A stretch of 64,000 bases of DNA. It comes from an uncultured bacterium. Lineage in GTDB: Bacteria > Patescibacteriota > Minisyncoccia > Phycocordibacterales > GWA1-40-21. Of this stretch, positions 19,484 through 29,024 are shown in pieces; the stretch's first letter is position 1, and each line of letters opens with the position of its first letter. The notes under the pieces are model-generated. The model ran no database searches and was not told the DNA's origin. It worked only from the letters and a program-made list of their open reading frames with translations. A program made the position numbers and the translations under genes. The stretch lies in the NCBI GenBank assembly GCA_903831305.1, contig CAIKXE010000005.1, positions 11,288 through 75,287 on the forward strand, read 5' to 3'.

Positions 19484-20229
19484 ATATTATAAATCATATC
19501 CTTGCGCTCTACGACCACCTTCCAACCATTTTTCTTAGCATGCGTATACAGCTTTTTATTCGGATTAAAACAGATCGGATTATCCACCATTTTGAGTAGC
19601 ACAATATCACTTTCCGTATCCCCCACTCCCACAGAACCATTAAGGGTGAGCCCTTCTTTTTCTACGGCTCGCAGTAGTACTTGGGACTTGTCAGAAATAA
19701 ATTCTTCAAATAAAGTCACCCCGGTGAATTTGTCATCCGCCCCTACTTCATATATTCGGCCGTAAGTTTTATCAAAACCATATTTCTTACAAAAGTTTTC
19801 TACCAACACCTGCGGTGAATGTGAAATAGCCAAGATAAAATAGTTTTTCTTTTTGAGTTCTTTAATCAGATCCCTGGTGTAAGTGTAAACCTTGTTGTTA
19901 TTCTCACTGATTACCTTTTCCGCAATCCTAGAAAACACTTTGGCATCTAGTCCCTTAATATTTTGCATAAAGGCTCGGACCACCGCCATGATATAGTCCT
20001 CATAACTCCCCTCGCGGTTCGTCCATTTTTCAAAAGCTTTCAGATATATATCTCTAGTATTCTCAGGGAATATTTTCTCTTTAATCAAGACCTCAACTAC
20101 TTCAATTAGTAAACTGGACCTAAAAATCGTCCCATCAATGTCAAACACCGCCACTTTTCTTTTGACACTTTTCCCCTCAGCCGGCTTGTTTTTAGATGTT
20201 TTACTCATATGGTAATTATACCACAGCAC
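19480..20229 (-). CDS. HAD-superfamily hydrolase (HAD-IB / phosphoserine-phosphatase-like)
   Basis: Motif I VAVFDIDGT and later HAD motifs (GVGDTESD). Overlaps alr by 4 nt. Confidence 0.65.
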   Translation of the reverse strand: MLWYNYHMSKTSKNKPAEGKSVKRKVAVFDIDGTIFRSSLLIEVVEVLIKEKIFPENTRDIYLKAFEKWTNREGSYEDYIMAVVRAFMQNIKGLDAKVFSRIAEKVISENNNKVYTYTRDLIKELKKKNYFILAISHSPQVLVENFCKKYGFDKTYGRIYEVGADDKFTGVTLFEEFISDKSQVLLRAVEKEGLTLNGSVGVGDTESDIVLLKMVDNPICFNPNKKLYTHAKKNGWKVVVERKDMIYNI

Positions 20230-20232
20230 CCC

Positions 20233-20278
20233 TTATTCTCAATTAACCCATTCGTACGAATGGGTTAATTGAGAATAA
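20233..20278. promoter_or_regulatory. 46-bp perfect palindrome (copy 1 of the ACCCATTCG-nn-CGAATGGGT motif) immediately upstream of the HAD gene and downstream of the ArsR gene
   Basis: TTATTCTCAATTAACCCATTCG-TA-CGAATGGGTTAATTGAGAATAA is exactly self-complementary over 22+22 nt. Confidence 0.6.
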
Positions 20279-20316
20279 ATTGAGATTATGGATTATGGAG
20301 TAGTGTGGAGTGGGGG

Positions 20317-20577
20317 TTAGGAATTTGAGATGATGAGTTTGGTGATCGGATGAACGGGCTCACTGAGGCTGTAAAACATGGACAGACCAACTTGTTCCCC
20401 ATCCACGATGTCCGAGGATTTTAAAACACCGAGGTGCTTGGAGGTAGATTTGAATGACAATTTAATCTGCTCAGCCAGAATCCCCACTGTGCACTTTTTG
20501 TGTGAGAATAAATATTTTACAATCTCCATCCGCCGGCGGTTAGCCAGGGCCTTCATAAAACGTTCAAATTTCTTCAT
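20317..20577 (-). CDS. ArsR/SmtB-family HTH transcriptional regulator (ATG at internal Met; ORF-track start is a GTG)
   Basis: ALANRRRMEIVKYL...CTVGILAEQIKLSFKSTSKHLGVLKSSDIV is an ArsR winged-HTH. Confidence 0.75.
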   Translation of the reverse strand: MKKFERFMKALANRRRMEIVKYLFSHKKCTVGILAEQIKLSFKSTSKHLGVLKSSDIVDGEQVGLSMFYSLSEPVHPITKLIISNS

Positions 20578-20617
20578 TCCCCTATTATACACCTATATAT
20601 ACAATTATCCTCTATTC

Positions 20618-20636
20618 ACCCATTCGCGCGAATGGT
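20618..20636. promoter_or_regulatory. Palindromic motif copy 2 (ACCCATTCG-CG-CGAATGGT), ~40 nt upstream of the ArsR start
   Basis: 8-bp arms around CGCG. Flanks TAT TCACCC...GGTTCCATAGAC are shared with copy 3. Confidence 0.5.
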
Positions 20637-20794
20637 TCCATAGACTGGGGGGAACAAAGGTGAGACCTTGAATCTCCAAAAAGGTCTCACCTTAAAGAGT
20701 AGTCGAAATATTTTTAATAAAAGGTACCTTGCTGTGCCCGCCCGAAGCCATGTGTCCAGCGAGACATTAGCGAAGGAGGGACACCTTTTTTGCC

Positions 20795-21838
20795 TTATTT
20801 TAGCCTTTTTGCAAGATATTCTCTTTCTTTTCTAATAAATTCTGCTCCCTTTTGATAATCTCCATTATTCACAAAGTCTCTGACTCGACGCGGATTAATA
20901 CCATGCTTTTCAACGACATCCCATAATTTTTGGGCATTTCCATCTAAAGAAGCGGCTCGCATGATCTCTGGCCCAACCAATGTTTCCAATTCCCTGGATA
21001 GCGCAAATTCATCTCCGTTATTTATATGACCTTCCATGTATCTCTTCGTCTCGTCGTCTTCTGTGCTTTCCCGCATATCCTTAAATAATAATTCAGCCGA
21101 CAGATGATCGGTAATCATTTCGTTTAAATTTTTATTCTTCAATTCTCTCTTACCAGAAACCAAATCAATTCTTCCTGTTTGCACGCCAGAACAAAATTCA
21201 CAACAATTGTCATGAAACTCTATCTTACTAAAAGATATTGCGTGCATCATCTCGTGTAATAAAAAATGCCTTAAGGTCATCCGCCCAACAAATTCCCTGT
21301 ATCTATCGGGGTGCTCTTGCACAGTCTCCGCAATTATTTCGCGCAATTCTGCAATAAGTCGCTTATTAATGTTCACTTGATGCCTTTGAGGGTCATAAAA
21401 AATAATTCTCGCAAAACCATCTAGTCCAGTGGCGCTAATATAATTTTCATACTCATCTCCATCGATCAACGCATACCTTACATCGTCCAAGCGCTCCATC
21501 CTATCGGGATAATTAGTGGCAACCAACCTCAAGTTGTCTGTCACAGCTTTTTGGACCCAATCTATCCCCATATTTTCCGCCAATTCTCTAGAAAAACCTT
21601 CTACAGAAAGCGCATAGCTATCCCTGTCAATGAATTTGTAAAAATTTGTAGTGTCTATTGGGGCGCCATCCTTTATTAACAAATCGACAAGTTTTCCCGG
21701 AAAACCTATTTTAGTGCCTTGCAAATCTTCTTTCACGCTTTCTGCTAAATAAGCCAGCCTTTGCTGCAAATCAGTTGTGTCTGTCACTAGCGATGATTCA
21801 TTGGTGGTATTCACATCTCTATTTGCAGTTTCTACCAT
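20795..21838 (-). CDS. HExxH zinc metallopeptidase-like protein (HEMMH + downstream Cys cluster), hypothetical
   Basis: RHFLLHEMMHAISF followed by FHDNCCEFCSG. No signal peptide. GC is slightly higher than neighbours. Confidence 0.4.
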   Translation of the reverse strand: MVETANRDVNTTNESSLVTDTTDLQQRLAYLAESVKEDLQGTKIGFPGKLVDLLIKDGAPIDTTNFYKFIDRDSYALSVEGFSRELAENMGIDWVQKAVTDNLRLVATNYPDRMERLDDVRYALIDGDEYENYISATGLDGFARIIFYDPQRHQVNINKRLIAELREIIAETVQEHPDRYREFVGRMTLRHFLLHEMMHAISFSKIEFHDNCCEFCSGVQTGRIDLVSGKRELKNKNLNEMITDHLSAELLFKDMRESTEDDETKRYMEGHINNGDEFALSRELETLVGPEIMRAASLDGNAQKLWDVVEKHGINPRRVRDFVNNGDYQKGAEFIRKEREYLAKRLK

Positions 21839-21994
21839 AAATTTAAATTAGTTAATAATGATTATATTATAAACCCATTTCCCCGAGGATTCAAACCATC
21901 CATCTATTTTTTAAAAGGTTCCTGACACCTTTTTCTCCTTTTTTCTAAAACCTATTCGCCTATTTTGGCGAATGCAGTCAATTTTTTCCTATTT

Positions 21995-22013
21995 ACCCAT
22001 TCGTACGAATGGT
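21995..22013. promoter_or_regulatory. Palindromic motif copy 3 (ACCCATTCG-TA-CGAATGGT)
   Basis: Same core and the same flanks (TATTTACCC...GGTTCCATAAAC) as copy 2. An adjacent second palindrome ATTCGCC-tatttt-GGCGAAT sits at 21954-21973. Confidence 0.5.
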
Positions 22014-22106
22014 TCCATAAACCGTACGAAGTCTTTGGGTCAGGAGTAGTATGATTCCGACGATTATGAGTATGAATAGGATGATTTGTATGGTTTTCAT
22101 ATTGAT

Positions 22107-22280
22107 TAATTTTTGCTTTTTTCTTCGCCAATTTCACCTTTTCGGGTATTCTTTTCGATTTTTTCTAGCAACTCCTCTATTCTATTTATTTTCCAATACC
22201 ACAGAATAATTTCACGAAAAATAAAAAATGCAAACCCAACAATACCTATTCCGATCAAAATCAAACCAATATTACTCATG
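22107..22280 (-). CDS. Small single-TM protein (57 aa), hypothetical; not in the ORF track (<60 aa)
   Basis: Minus-strand ORF MSNIGLILIGIGIVGFAFFIFREIILWYWKINRIEELLEKIEKNTRKGEIGEEKSKN. It is AT-rich and lies directly downstream of the GmrSD gene. Confidence 0.3.
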
Positions 22281-22293
22281 ATATTAAATTTTT

Positions 22294-22470
22294 TTATTTA
22301 AATAAATTAATAAAAGCCTGTTTATAATCTCCACTATACAGATTTTGATTAATATTTCCAATATAGTTGCCGGACCCTGAATTATTATAAATCTTATCTG
22401 TCATAAAAAAATAAATACCTATTGATATAATTAGAAATAATATTAAAATATAGAGCCGTGCATTCTTCAT
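22294..22470 (-). CDS. Small secreted/TM protein (58 aa), hypothetical
   Basis: Minus-strand ORF MKNARLYILILFLIISIGIYFFMTDKIYNNSGSGNYIGNINQNLYSGDYKQAFINLFK with a signal-anchor-like N-terminus. Confidence 0.3.
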   Translation of the reverse strand: MKNARLYILILFLIISIGIYFFMTDKIYNNSGSGNYIGNINQNLYSGDYKQAFINLFK

Positions 22471-22532
22471 AGGGATATTATATCAAGGTTTTTAAATATA
22501 CAAAAGAAGTAAAAATAAATACTTTTCATACA

Positions 22533-24278
22533 TTATATTTTCCAAGCATCATTATATGCTCTTTTTGCAAGTTTTTTTGTTCTTTCGTTTATATTTTTAA
22601 TTACTTCATCAGATGTTTTCATTTTTTCATTTTTCCACTCGTTAATTAAAACTTTGACCTCAGGAAGATTTTGAATTTCCATTTCCTTAAAAGTATCAAG
22701 TTTTTCTTTAATATTTTTATTTTGTTCTGAACCATTCGTATGTTTACTTATAACCAAAAGGTTCCCTATACTATCGATGTACTCTCCAACTTCATCCTCA
22801 TTAAAATTATAATTATCCATATTTTGAGATATAAGATGATCTATATCATAATTTCTCCTAAGAAGCTTTTTGTCTGAGTTATAAATCTCAATATATTGTC
22901 CTCCTTTTCTGTCGATATTATTTAGACGATCAAAAATATAATAAATTAGATTTGAATTCAAGCCATATGTAAGTTCGGAAAACTTTTCGACAAATTCCCC
23001 TTCTTTTACCAGTTTTTCATCTCTTAATTCTTTATTAATTTTTTCAATAAAACTAATAAAATTATTTTTATTTACCTTTTCCCTACATTTGTCTGCATAG
23101 TATTTTTCTATTTGGTTCCCAGGTCTTTGGCAAATTGCGTAATTAATAAAATGAAACTTTTCTAACATATAAATAAATTCTCGGAATTTTTTTGATAATT
23201 TTTCCTTTATGTCTTTGTCATTTGTTAAGTCAATAATAGTTAAGAGTTTAACGATAAGGGGATATGCCTGTGTTACACCAAATAGCTGGAGAGCATCTAG
23301 GCTTCGATTCAAGGTTTTTGCCTCATATTCCTTCCTAAAAAAGTCATTTTTACTTTCAACTGCCCACTCCAAAATTGATTCATATGAGCAGCTAACTATT
23401 ATAGAATAAAAATATGAAAAATCCTTCATCTCAGATAATAATTTACTTGCCCCAATGTTTTCGCCATACTTTTTAAGAAGTTTAAATAATAATTTTTTTT
23501 GTACAAGCCCAAAAATAGACACATAAAAGTATTTAATCATTCGAAGAACATTTCCAGAAGAGTTTTCAATAATAGTATTCCAGTCCTCTTCTGTCTTTTT
23601 GGAATTATTATTTTGGAATAAATAGTTTTTTAATAAATCAGCGGCGTTTAATTCCATACCTCTTGCATTTGTTCTTTCAAATATATCAAATGCATCTTGT
23701 GTATCCTCAATTTCTATTTTTACAAAGGTACTTTCATATAATTTTTTCAGTAGCTCAGACAAATCATCCTTATTAAATTTTGAAATGTGCTCAATAAAAA
23801 AATCATAGAGGGGTTTAATCCTGTTTGTTTGCCTTTGTTTATTTTTTAAGTTAAAGCTTTTTCCGTCCCAGTCGTGATTAGTAATTGTCTCATTAAAAAC
23901 TTCAATGATTGATGATGAGGGTATTAGTTTTGATGAACTAGCCTTACCTGAGGTATCATCTATGAAGGAAATCTTAGACTGAATAGCAGATGCTAAATCA
24001 TGAGAGTTTAGCTTTATTGCTTGATATCTACATGCGGCTAAAAAAATAAAAATGGTCGTTATTCTTTGTTGACCATCAACTATCGAGATTTCAGCCTCTT
24101 TCTCATTATTTACGTCTAGTACTATTGTGCCTAGGAATACAGGCTCTGAAGAAACATCATCCCAAAATTCCTCTATCTGATCCTTTTTCCATTCAAAGTT
24201 TCTCTGATATTCTGGGACAACATATTTAACACTTTCATCTAGTAAACTCCTAACTTTCTTTAATTCAGATTTAATCAT
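22533..24278 (-). CDS. GmrSD-family type IV (modification-dependent) restriction endonuclease: N-terminal DUF262 (ParB/Srx-like NTPase) + C-terminal DUF1524 (His-Me finger/HNH-like nuclease)
   Basis: DUF262 motifs YQRNFEW and IVDGQQR at the N-terminus. C-terminal DIDHLISQN...GNLLVISKHTNGSEQNK fits DUF1524. Very AT-rich (~27% GC). Confidence 0.75.
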   Translation of the reverse strand: MIKSELKKVRSLLDESVKYVVPEYQRNFEWKKDQIEEFWDDVSSEPVFLGTIVLDVNNEKEAEISIVDGQQRITTIFIFLAACRYQAIKLNSHDLASAIQSKISFIDDTSGKASSSKLIPSSSIIEVFNETITNHDWDGKSFNLKNKQRQTNRIKPLYDFFIEHISKFNKDDLSELLKKLYESTFVKIEIEDTQDAFDIFERTNARGMELNAADLLKNYLFQNNNSKKTEEDWNTIIENSSGNVLRMIKYFYVSIFGLVQKKLLFKLLKKYGENIGASKLLSEMKDFSYFYSIIVSCSYESILEWAVESKNDFFRKEYEAKTLNRSLDALQLFGVTQAYPLIVKLLTIIDLTNDKDIKEKLSKKFREFIYMLEKFHFINYAICQRPGNQIEKYYADKCREKVNKNNFISFIEKINKELRDEKLVKEGEFVEKFSELTYGLNSNLIYYIFDRLNNIDRKGGQYIEIYNSDKKLLRRNYDIDHLISQNMDNYNFNEDEVGEYIDSIGNLLVISKHTNGSEQNKNIKEKLDTFKEMEIQNLPEVKVLINEWKNEKMKTSDEVIKNINERTKKLAKRAYNDAWKI

Positions 24279-24327
24279 ATATATATTATAGTACTAAATT
24301 ACAATCCTGACCATTTTTTAAGTATTG

Positions 24328-24564
24328 TCAATTAAATATTGTACCAGGATAATCTAGCATCCCAACTATTGATGACGTTCCATTAACGGCTGAAGATACT
24401 CTAATTAGGCCTCCAAAATTACTTGCAGAGTATGATTCTTCAAGGGAATGAGGTTCTTCTTTAGTAAGACATTTCTCACAAACCAGACTGACGCTACTGT
24501 TAATAGATAATAGTACAATGAACGTAGTTGCCCCACAAATTTTGCATTTGCTAGTTAGACCCAT
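24328..24564 (-). CDS. Small zinc-ribbon-like hypothetical protein
   Basis: CKICG...CEKC four-Cys arrangement. Lies between the copper module and the GmrSD gene on the same strand. Confidence 0.3.
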   Translation of the reverse strand: MGLTSKCKICGATTFIVLLSINSSVSLVCEKCLTKEEPHSLEESYSASNFGGLIRVSSAVNGTSSIVGMLDYPGTIFN

Positions 24565-24596
24565 AACTGTGATGATATCACAAAAAAGCTGATTGT

Positions 24597-25016
24597 CTAT
24601 TCAAAATCAATTTCTAATGGATACATACCCATACCGCAGGAGCCGCGGAAGAGGCCGGGAGTGGAGGTGCCGAGGGAGATGTCTGTGGTGCCGGTTTGGG
24701 GAAGAATTTTACTGAGGCCTAGGCTGGGTAGGCGGACAGATAAGGAACAGTCAAAGGTACCGTTGGTGCTGAAACGGATCACGGTGGGTATCCCCGCCTT
24801 ACCGAGGCTTCGTCTTGGGGAATAACCACCTTTGGCTTCTAGGGTGATGATTTGCACGCCGTTCTCCACGCTGACATTGTTGGTTGAAGTCACCGAGGAA
24901 ATTCCTTTTTGGGGATTCAAGGAATCACCTCGTTGGCTGTTTTTGAAATTCAGAAATATTATTCCACCGACAATTACTGCTACTATTATAATTGATATTG
25001 TAGTTGATTTATTCAT
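24597..25016 (-). CDS. Secreted cupredoxin-like domain protein (PF13473-like), putative copper-binding periplasmic protein
   Basis: Signal/TM anchor, then a beta-sandwich region IPTVIRFSTNGTFDCSLSV...GLFRGSCGMGMYPLEIDF typical of cupredoxin-like proteins found next to Cu-ATPases. Confidence 0.5.
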   Translation of the reverse strand: MNKSTTISIIIVAVIVGGIIFLNFKNSQRGDSLNPQKGISSVTSTNNVSVENGVQIITLEAKGGYSPRRSLGKAGIPTVIRFSTNGTFDCSLSVRLPSLGLSKILPQTGTTDISLGTSTPGLFRGSCGMGMYPLEIDFE

Positions 25017-25020
25017 ATTT

Positions 25021-26103
25021 TTAGAAGTTGAATACTGGCGATATTAGACCAATTATCACCAGGCTGTTAATAAGGTTGAATATACCGAAGAAGATGACGA
25101 TAAGGCCGGCGGTTTTGAAGAATATACCGCTTTGCGCCTTCTTGTGGATGCCAAGAGAGCTAAAGCTGAGTAAGGCGAGGACGGGCAAGGTACCAAGGGC
25201 AAAGGAAAACATAATCAGAGAACCAGTCCAAAAACTACCAGTGGACAGCGCATAGATCTGCATTGATTGCGTAAAACCACAGGGCAGGAAGAAAGTGATG
25301 ATACCCACTAAAATGGGTGTCAAGCTATGGTTTAGATTCTTCACGTTGTGGAACCTCTTGCCAATAAAGCTGGGAATGGTTGGCTGAAGCTTTTTAAGCC
25401 AAGGGAAAATGTCCAAGAGGTTTAGACCGAGGATAAGAAGGACAATGGCCACCAGGAAGCTCAGAATAAATGTGCCGGTACCGCCAAGCTGAAAGGACGA
25501 ACCAAGGAGGCCAATGACACCACCAAGGAGAAAGAAGGAAACTAAACGGCCAAGGTGAAACAGGACTTGGGGGCGGACTTTATCACCCGATTGTGCGAAG
25601 TTTGCCGACATGGAGAGGACGAGTCCCCCCACCACGGCCATACAGGAAGACACGGAGGCAATGAGGCCGATCATGAAGGCGGTGCTGTAACTAATTTGGG
25701 AAGCATTAATCAAATTTACAATGCCTAGTTTTTGCAGGAGGATGAAGAAGGTAATGAAAGCGATAGTGATAGGGATGGCGATTTTAAAATCTGACCATTT
25801 GGCCTGGTGAGCTTGTCTTTCTAGAAGCACGCTATAGCCGTGGGGTTTTAAAATTATGCTTAAATCCTGCGCAATATGTTCTGGTGTTTTATCACCAAAG
25901 TTCCCTGTTATTTCCACACTGTTATTTGTGAGTGACGGTTTGACGTTAGTCACTTCCGGTAACTCCTTCAACTCTGACTCAATGAGGATGGTGCAGGCCG
26001 TGCAATGCATGCCTTGGACGTGGAAGATGTATGTCTGGGGATTTCTTATCCCGTACGAAATTTTACTAGGGCAGTTTATTTTTATTTTATTTTCGTTATT
26101 CAT
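25021..26103 (-). CDS. HMA (heavy-metal-associated) domain fused to a DsbD/CcdA-like multi-TM domain
   Basis: N-terminal MxCxxC (GMHCTAC). The TM core has one Cys in an early helix (SSCMAVVGG) and one in a late helix (FFLPCGF), as in the CcdA/DsbD_2 family. Confidence 0.55.
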   Translation of the reverse strand: MNNENKIKINCPSKISYGIRNPQTYIFHVQGMHCTACTILIESELKELPEVTNVKPSLTNNSVEITGNFGDKTPEHIAQDLSIILKPHGYSVLLERQAHQAKWSDFKIAIPITIAFITFFILLQKLGIVNLINASQISYSTAFMIGLIASVSSCMAVVGGLVLSMSANFAQSGDKVRPQVLFHLGRLVSFFLLGGVIGLLGSSFQLGGTGTFILSFLVAIVLLILGLNLLDIFPWLKKLQPTIPSFIGKRFHNVKNLNHSLTPILVGIITFFLPCGFTQSMQIYALSTGSFWTGSLIMFSFALGTLPVLALLSFSSLGIHKKAQSGIFFKTAGLIVIFFGIFNLINSLVIIGLISPVFNF

Positions 26104-26151
26104 AAATTTATATTATATTTCGTTTCAATCTTAATGAATTTCTGACGGGAC

Positions 26152-28488
26152 TTACAGTTTTTTAGTTTTTAAACGCAGGGAGTTTGAGACCACGGAGACA
26201 CTACTACCCGCCATAGCAAGCCCAGCAAAGATAGGGTTCAGCATTATCCCCCACAGTGGGTACAAGAGGCCGGCCGCGATAGGTATGCCGACAATATTAT
26301 AAATAAACGCCCAGAATAAATTTTGCTTCACGGTGCGAATGGTGGCTTTGGCTAAAATTACTGCCTGCGCTATTTTCCGGATATCTCCACCCAGTAAAGT
26401 AATACCCGCGGACTCAATGGCTACATCCGTCCCGGTGGCCATGGCTATTCCCACATCCGCTTGGACCAAGGCTGGTGCATCATTGATGCCATCCCCAGCC
26501 ATAGCTACAATTCTCCCTTCAGCTTGCAACTCTTTGATTTTATTAGCCTTCTCGTGGGGTAGAACTTCCGCTATGACTTCATCAATCCCCGCTTGATCCG
26601 CAATGTGCTTGGCTGCCAGCTTGTTATCCCCAGTCAGCATGATGGTTTTCAGGCCCCTTTTATGCAGACTAACGATGGCTTGGACCGCTTCATCTTTCAA
26701 AGTATCCGCGAGAGCAATAAGGCCGATGGTTTGATTGTTTTGCTCTATTACTACCACTGTCTTGCCTTGCTTTTGAAGAGTGACTATTTCCGGTAAATTT
26801 AAATCTGCGGACTGTGGCTTATGGATGTCTATTTTTTCATTATTTATATTTCCTTCCACCCCCACGCCTTCCAAGGAATTAAAATCCTGAACATTGGCTA
26901 GTTCGATGTTTTCTTTTTTTGCCCGTTTTACAATAGCTTGAGCTAAGGGATGCTCAGAATGATTCTCCAGACTGGCAGATAATTCTAGGATTTTATTTTG
27001 GCTTAAACTTTTGTCTAAGATAATTATATCCGTCACTTCCGGTTCGCCTTTGGTGATAGTGCCGGTTTTGTCAAAGACGATAGTGGTGACCTGTGCCAGC
27101 CTTTCCAGGCTTTCCGCATTCTTGATCAAGATGCCGTATTGTGCGCCCTTACCCACGCCGACGATGATAGCCGTGGGGGTGGCGAGTCCCAGGGCACAAG
27201 GGCAAGCAATCACCAGGATGCCCACAAAGGAGACCAAGGCAAAAGATAGGGCTTGGGAGAACGGCATAAAATATGATCCAGCAATGAGCCAGGTACCAAG
27301 AGCCAGGATGGCCAGGCCAAGGACTATAGGCACAAAGACACTGGAGATTTTGTCTGCCAGGGCCTGGATAGGAGCCTTGGAACCTTGGGCTTCCGCTACC
27401 ATCTTGATGATTTGAGCGAGTACGGTATCACTGCCTACCTTGGTGGCTTTGAATTTAAAACTACCTTGCTTGTTTATAGTGGCGCCTACCACCTGATCAC
27501 CCACTACTTTATCTACCGGGATAGACTCGCCGGTAATCATAGCCTCATCAATAGCGGATTGCCCTTCTGTAATCTGTCCATCCACGGGGATTTTCATCCC
27601 AGGTTTGACGATAATAATATCCCCAATTTTGACTTCACTAATGGGGATTTCCACTTCTTGATTATTACGGAAGACCAGAGCGGTCTTGGCTTGGAGACCG
27701 ATGAGCTTCTCAATGGCGTCACCAGTTTTTAATTTTGAGCGGGCTTCCAGATATTTTCCGAGAGTAATAAATGCGATGACCACAATCACTACGTCAAAAT
27801 AAACTTGTTCCACATTTATAAATGATTTTAAACTTTCCTCAAAAGCACCCACAATAAAGCTGTAAAGGTAAGCCACGCTGGTGCCGAGGCCAATCAGGGT
27901 GTCCATATTGGCCTTACCATAACGGAAGAAGCGGTATAGACCAAGCAAATATGGCCGGCCAACAATAAATATGGTGTACGTGGCGAGAACGGGTAAAAGA
28001 TGATGAAAGAATTCACTCCAAAAGAGGGACATCTCTGGTACTGTTTTAAATTGGGCAAGAATATCCCAGGTCATGACAAAGATACTGACGAGGACCATGG
28101 GGATGAGGGTATAAAGCTTGATGCGCATATCCTTTAGCTCAGCTAGCTTTTCATTTTTGCTTTGATTTAAACCCAAATGAGCAGCGTGCTCATCAGCGGA
28201 CATGTGCATGGATTCAGCTGTGCCAGTCATCTCCATATCATGGGTCACGGGGATATCTAAAGTGTAGCCAAACTTTTCAATCTTGGCGGATAGATTTTCT
28301 GGCGAGGTTTTTGTCTCATCAAAAGAGAGTTTGACGGCCTCTGTTCCGTAACTAACATCCGCTGACTCTACTCCCGGTTCTTTTTTAAATGCCTTTTCAA
28401 TGATACTGGCACAGGAGGCGCAGTGCATACCCTTTATCTTGTAAATTTGATTTTTCATTTGTTTTTTTGTTACTTCTGACAGGATCAA
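26152..28488 (-). CDS. copA: Copper-translocating P1B-type ATPase (CopA-like)
   Basis: N-terminal HMA (GMHCASC), CPC motif ([12 protein letters not shown]), DKTGTIT, SEHP and [10 protein letters not shown]. Confidence 0.9.
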   Translation of the reverse strand: MILSEVTKKQMKNQIYKIKGMHCASCASIIEKAFKKEPGVESADVSYGTEAVKLSFDETKTSPENLSAKIEKFGYTLDIPVTHDMEMTGTAESMHMSADEHAAHLGLNQSKNEKLAELKDMRIKLYTLIPMVLVSIFVMTWDILAQFKTVPEMSLFWSEFFHHLLPVLATYTIFIVGRPYLLGLYRFFRYGKANMDTLIGLGTSVAYLYSFIVGAFEESLKSFINVEQVYFDVVIVVIAFITLGKYLEARSKLKTGDAIEKLIGLQAKTALVFRNNQEVEIPISEVKIGDIIIVKPGMKIPVDGQITEGQSAIDEAMITGESIPVDKVVGDQVVGATINKQGSFKFKATKVGSDTVLAQIIKMVAEAQGSKAPIQALADKISSVFVPIVLGLAILALGTWLIAGSYFMPFSQALSFALVSFVGILVIACPCALGLATPTAIIVGVGKGAQYGILIKNAESLERLAQVTTIVFDKTGTITKGEPEVTDIIILDKSLSQNKILELSASLENHSEHPLAQAIVKRAKKENIELANVQDFNSLEGVGVEGNINNEKIDIHKPQSADLNLPEIVTLQKQGKTVVVIEQNNQTIGLIALADTLKDEAVQAIVSLHKRGLKTIMLTGDNKLAAKHIADQAGIDEVIAEVLPHEKANKIKELQAEGRIVAMAGDGINDAPALVQADVGIAMATGTDVAIESAGITLLGGDIRKIAQAVILAKATIRTVKQNLFWAFIYNIVGIPIAAGLLYPLWGIMLNPIFAGLAMAGSSVSVVSNSLRLKTKKL

Positions 28489-28534
28489 ATACTAATTAAT
28501 TTTTTTGGTCCTCGCGTCTTTTGCCGGCCTTGAT

Positions 28535-28700
28535 CAGCTATAAGGCCGGGTCAAAACCAGACTCAAAAAAATCAATTGTATTTTCTCCTGTCTCGATCCC
28601 TCAGACAATCAAAATTTGAATGTTTTTTATTACTGAGACAAAAGTAATCAAATTTTTCGGTCCTCGGGTCGCCATAGGCAGGGCTCAACCAGACACTCAA
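28535..28700. repeat. Two diverged copies of a ~60-nt element in the csoR-copA intergenic region
   Basis: TTTTTGGTCCTCGCGTC...CCGGCCTTGATCAGCTATAAGGCCGG...TCAAAACCAGACTCAAAA at 28535-28600 versus TTTTCGGTCCTCGGGTCGCC...GGCTCAACCAGACACTCAAAA at 28645-28700. There is also an inverted pair TACTGAGACAAAAG / CTTTTGTCTCAGTA. Confidence 0.5.
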
Positions 28701-28725
28701 AATTTAATTCTTTTGTCTCAGTATA

Positions 28726-29013
28726 TTACATACGTTTTAACTTATAAACTTTTAAAATCTCTGCCTGGGCTTTGGCAGCTTTGCCATGTTTGATCTGATC
28801 CAGGGCACAAGTCATCAGATGCCCTTCCATTAAAATATCCTCTACGCCGGAGAGAGCCTGCTTTACGGCGGAGGTCTGGGTGATGATATCAATACAATAA
28901 ATACCCCGCTCCACCATCTCCTTTAGCCCCCTCACTTGCCCCTCAATTATTTGTAAACGCCGATACACTTTTTGTCTTTCTTGCCCGATATTTTTTTTAG
29001 GGTCTTTATTCAT
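28726..29013 (-). CDS. csoR: CsoR-family copper-sensing transcriptional repressor
   Basis: RLQIIEGQVRGLKEMVE...YCIDIITQ...MEGHLMTC carries the CsoR Cys-His-Cys Cu(I) ligand set (C in YCID, H and C in GHLMTC). Confidence 0.85.
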   Translation of the reverse strand: MNKDPKKNIGQERQKVYRRLQIIEGQVRGLKEMVERGIYCIDIITQTSAVKQALSGVEDILMEGHLMTCALDQIKHGKAAKAQAEILKVYKLKRM

Positions 29014-29024
29014 CCACCCATTAT

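Noticed and set aside
22113-22301. Plus-strand 62-aa ORF and minus 21952..22137 61-aa ORF
   Set aside because: Low-complexity translations (poly-Ile/Phe/Ser) antisense to better-supported small TM ORFs on the minus strand, or overlapping the palindromic motif region. Likely spurious.
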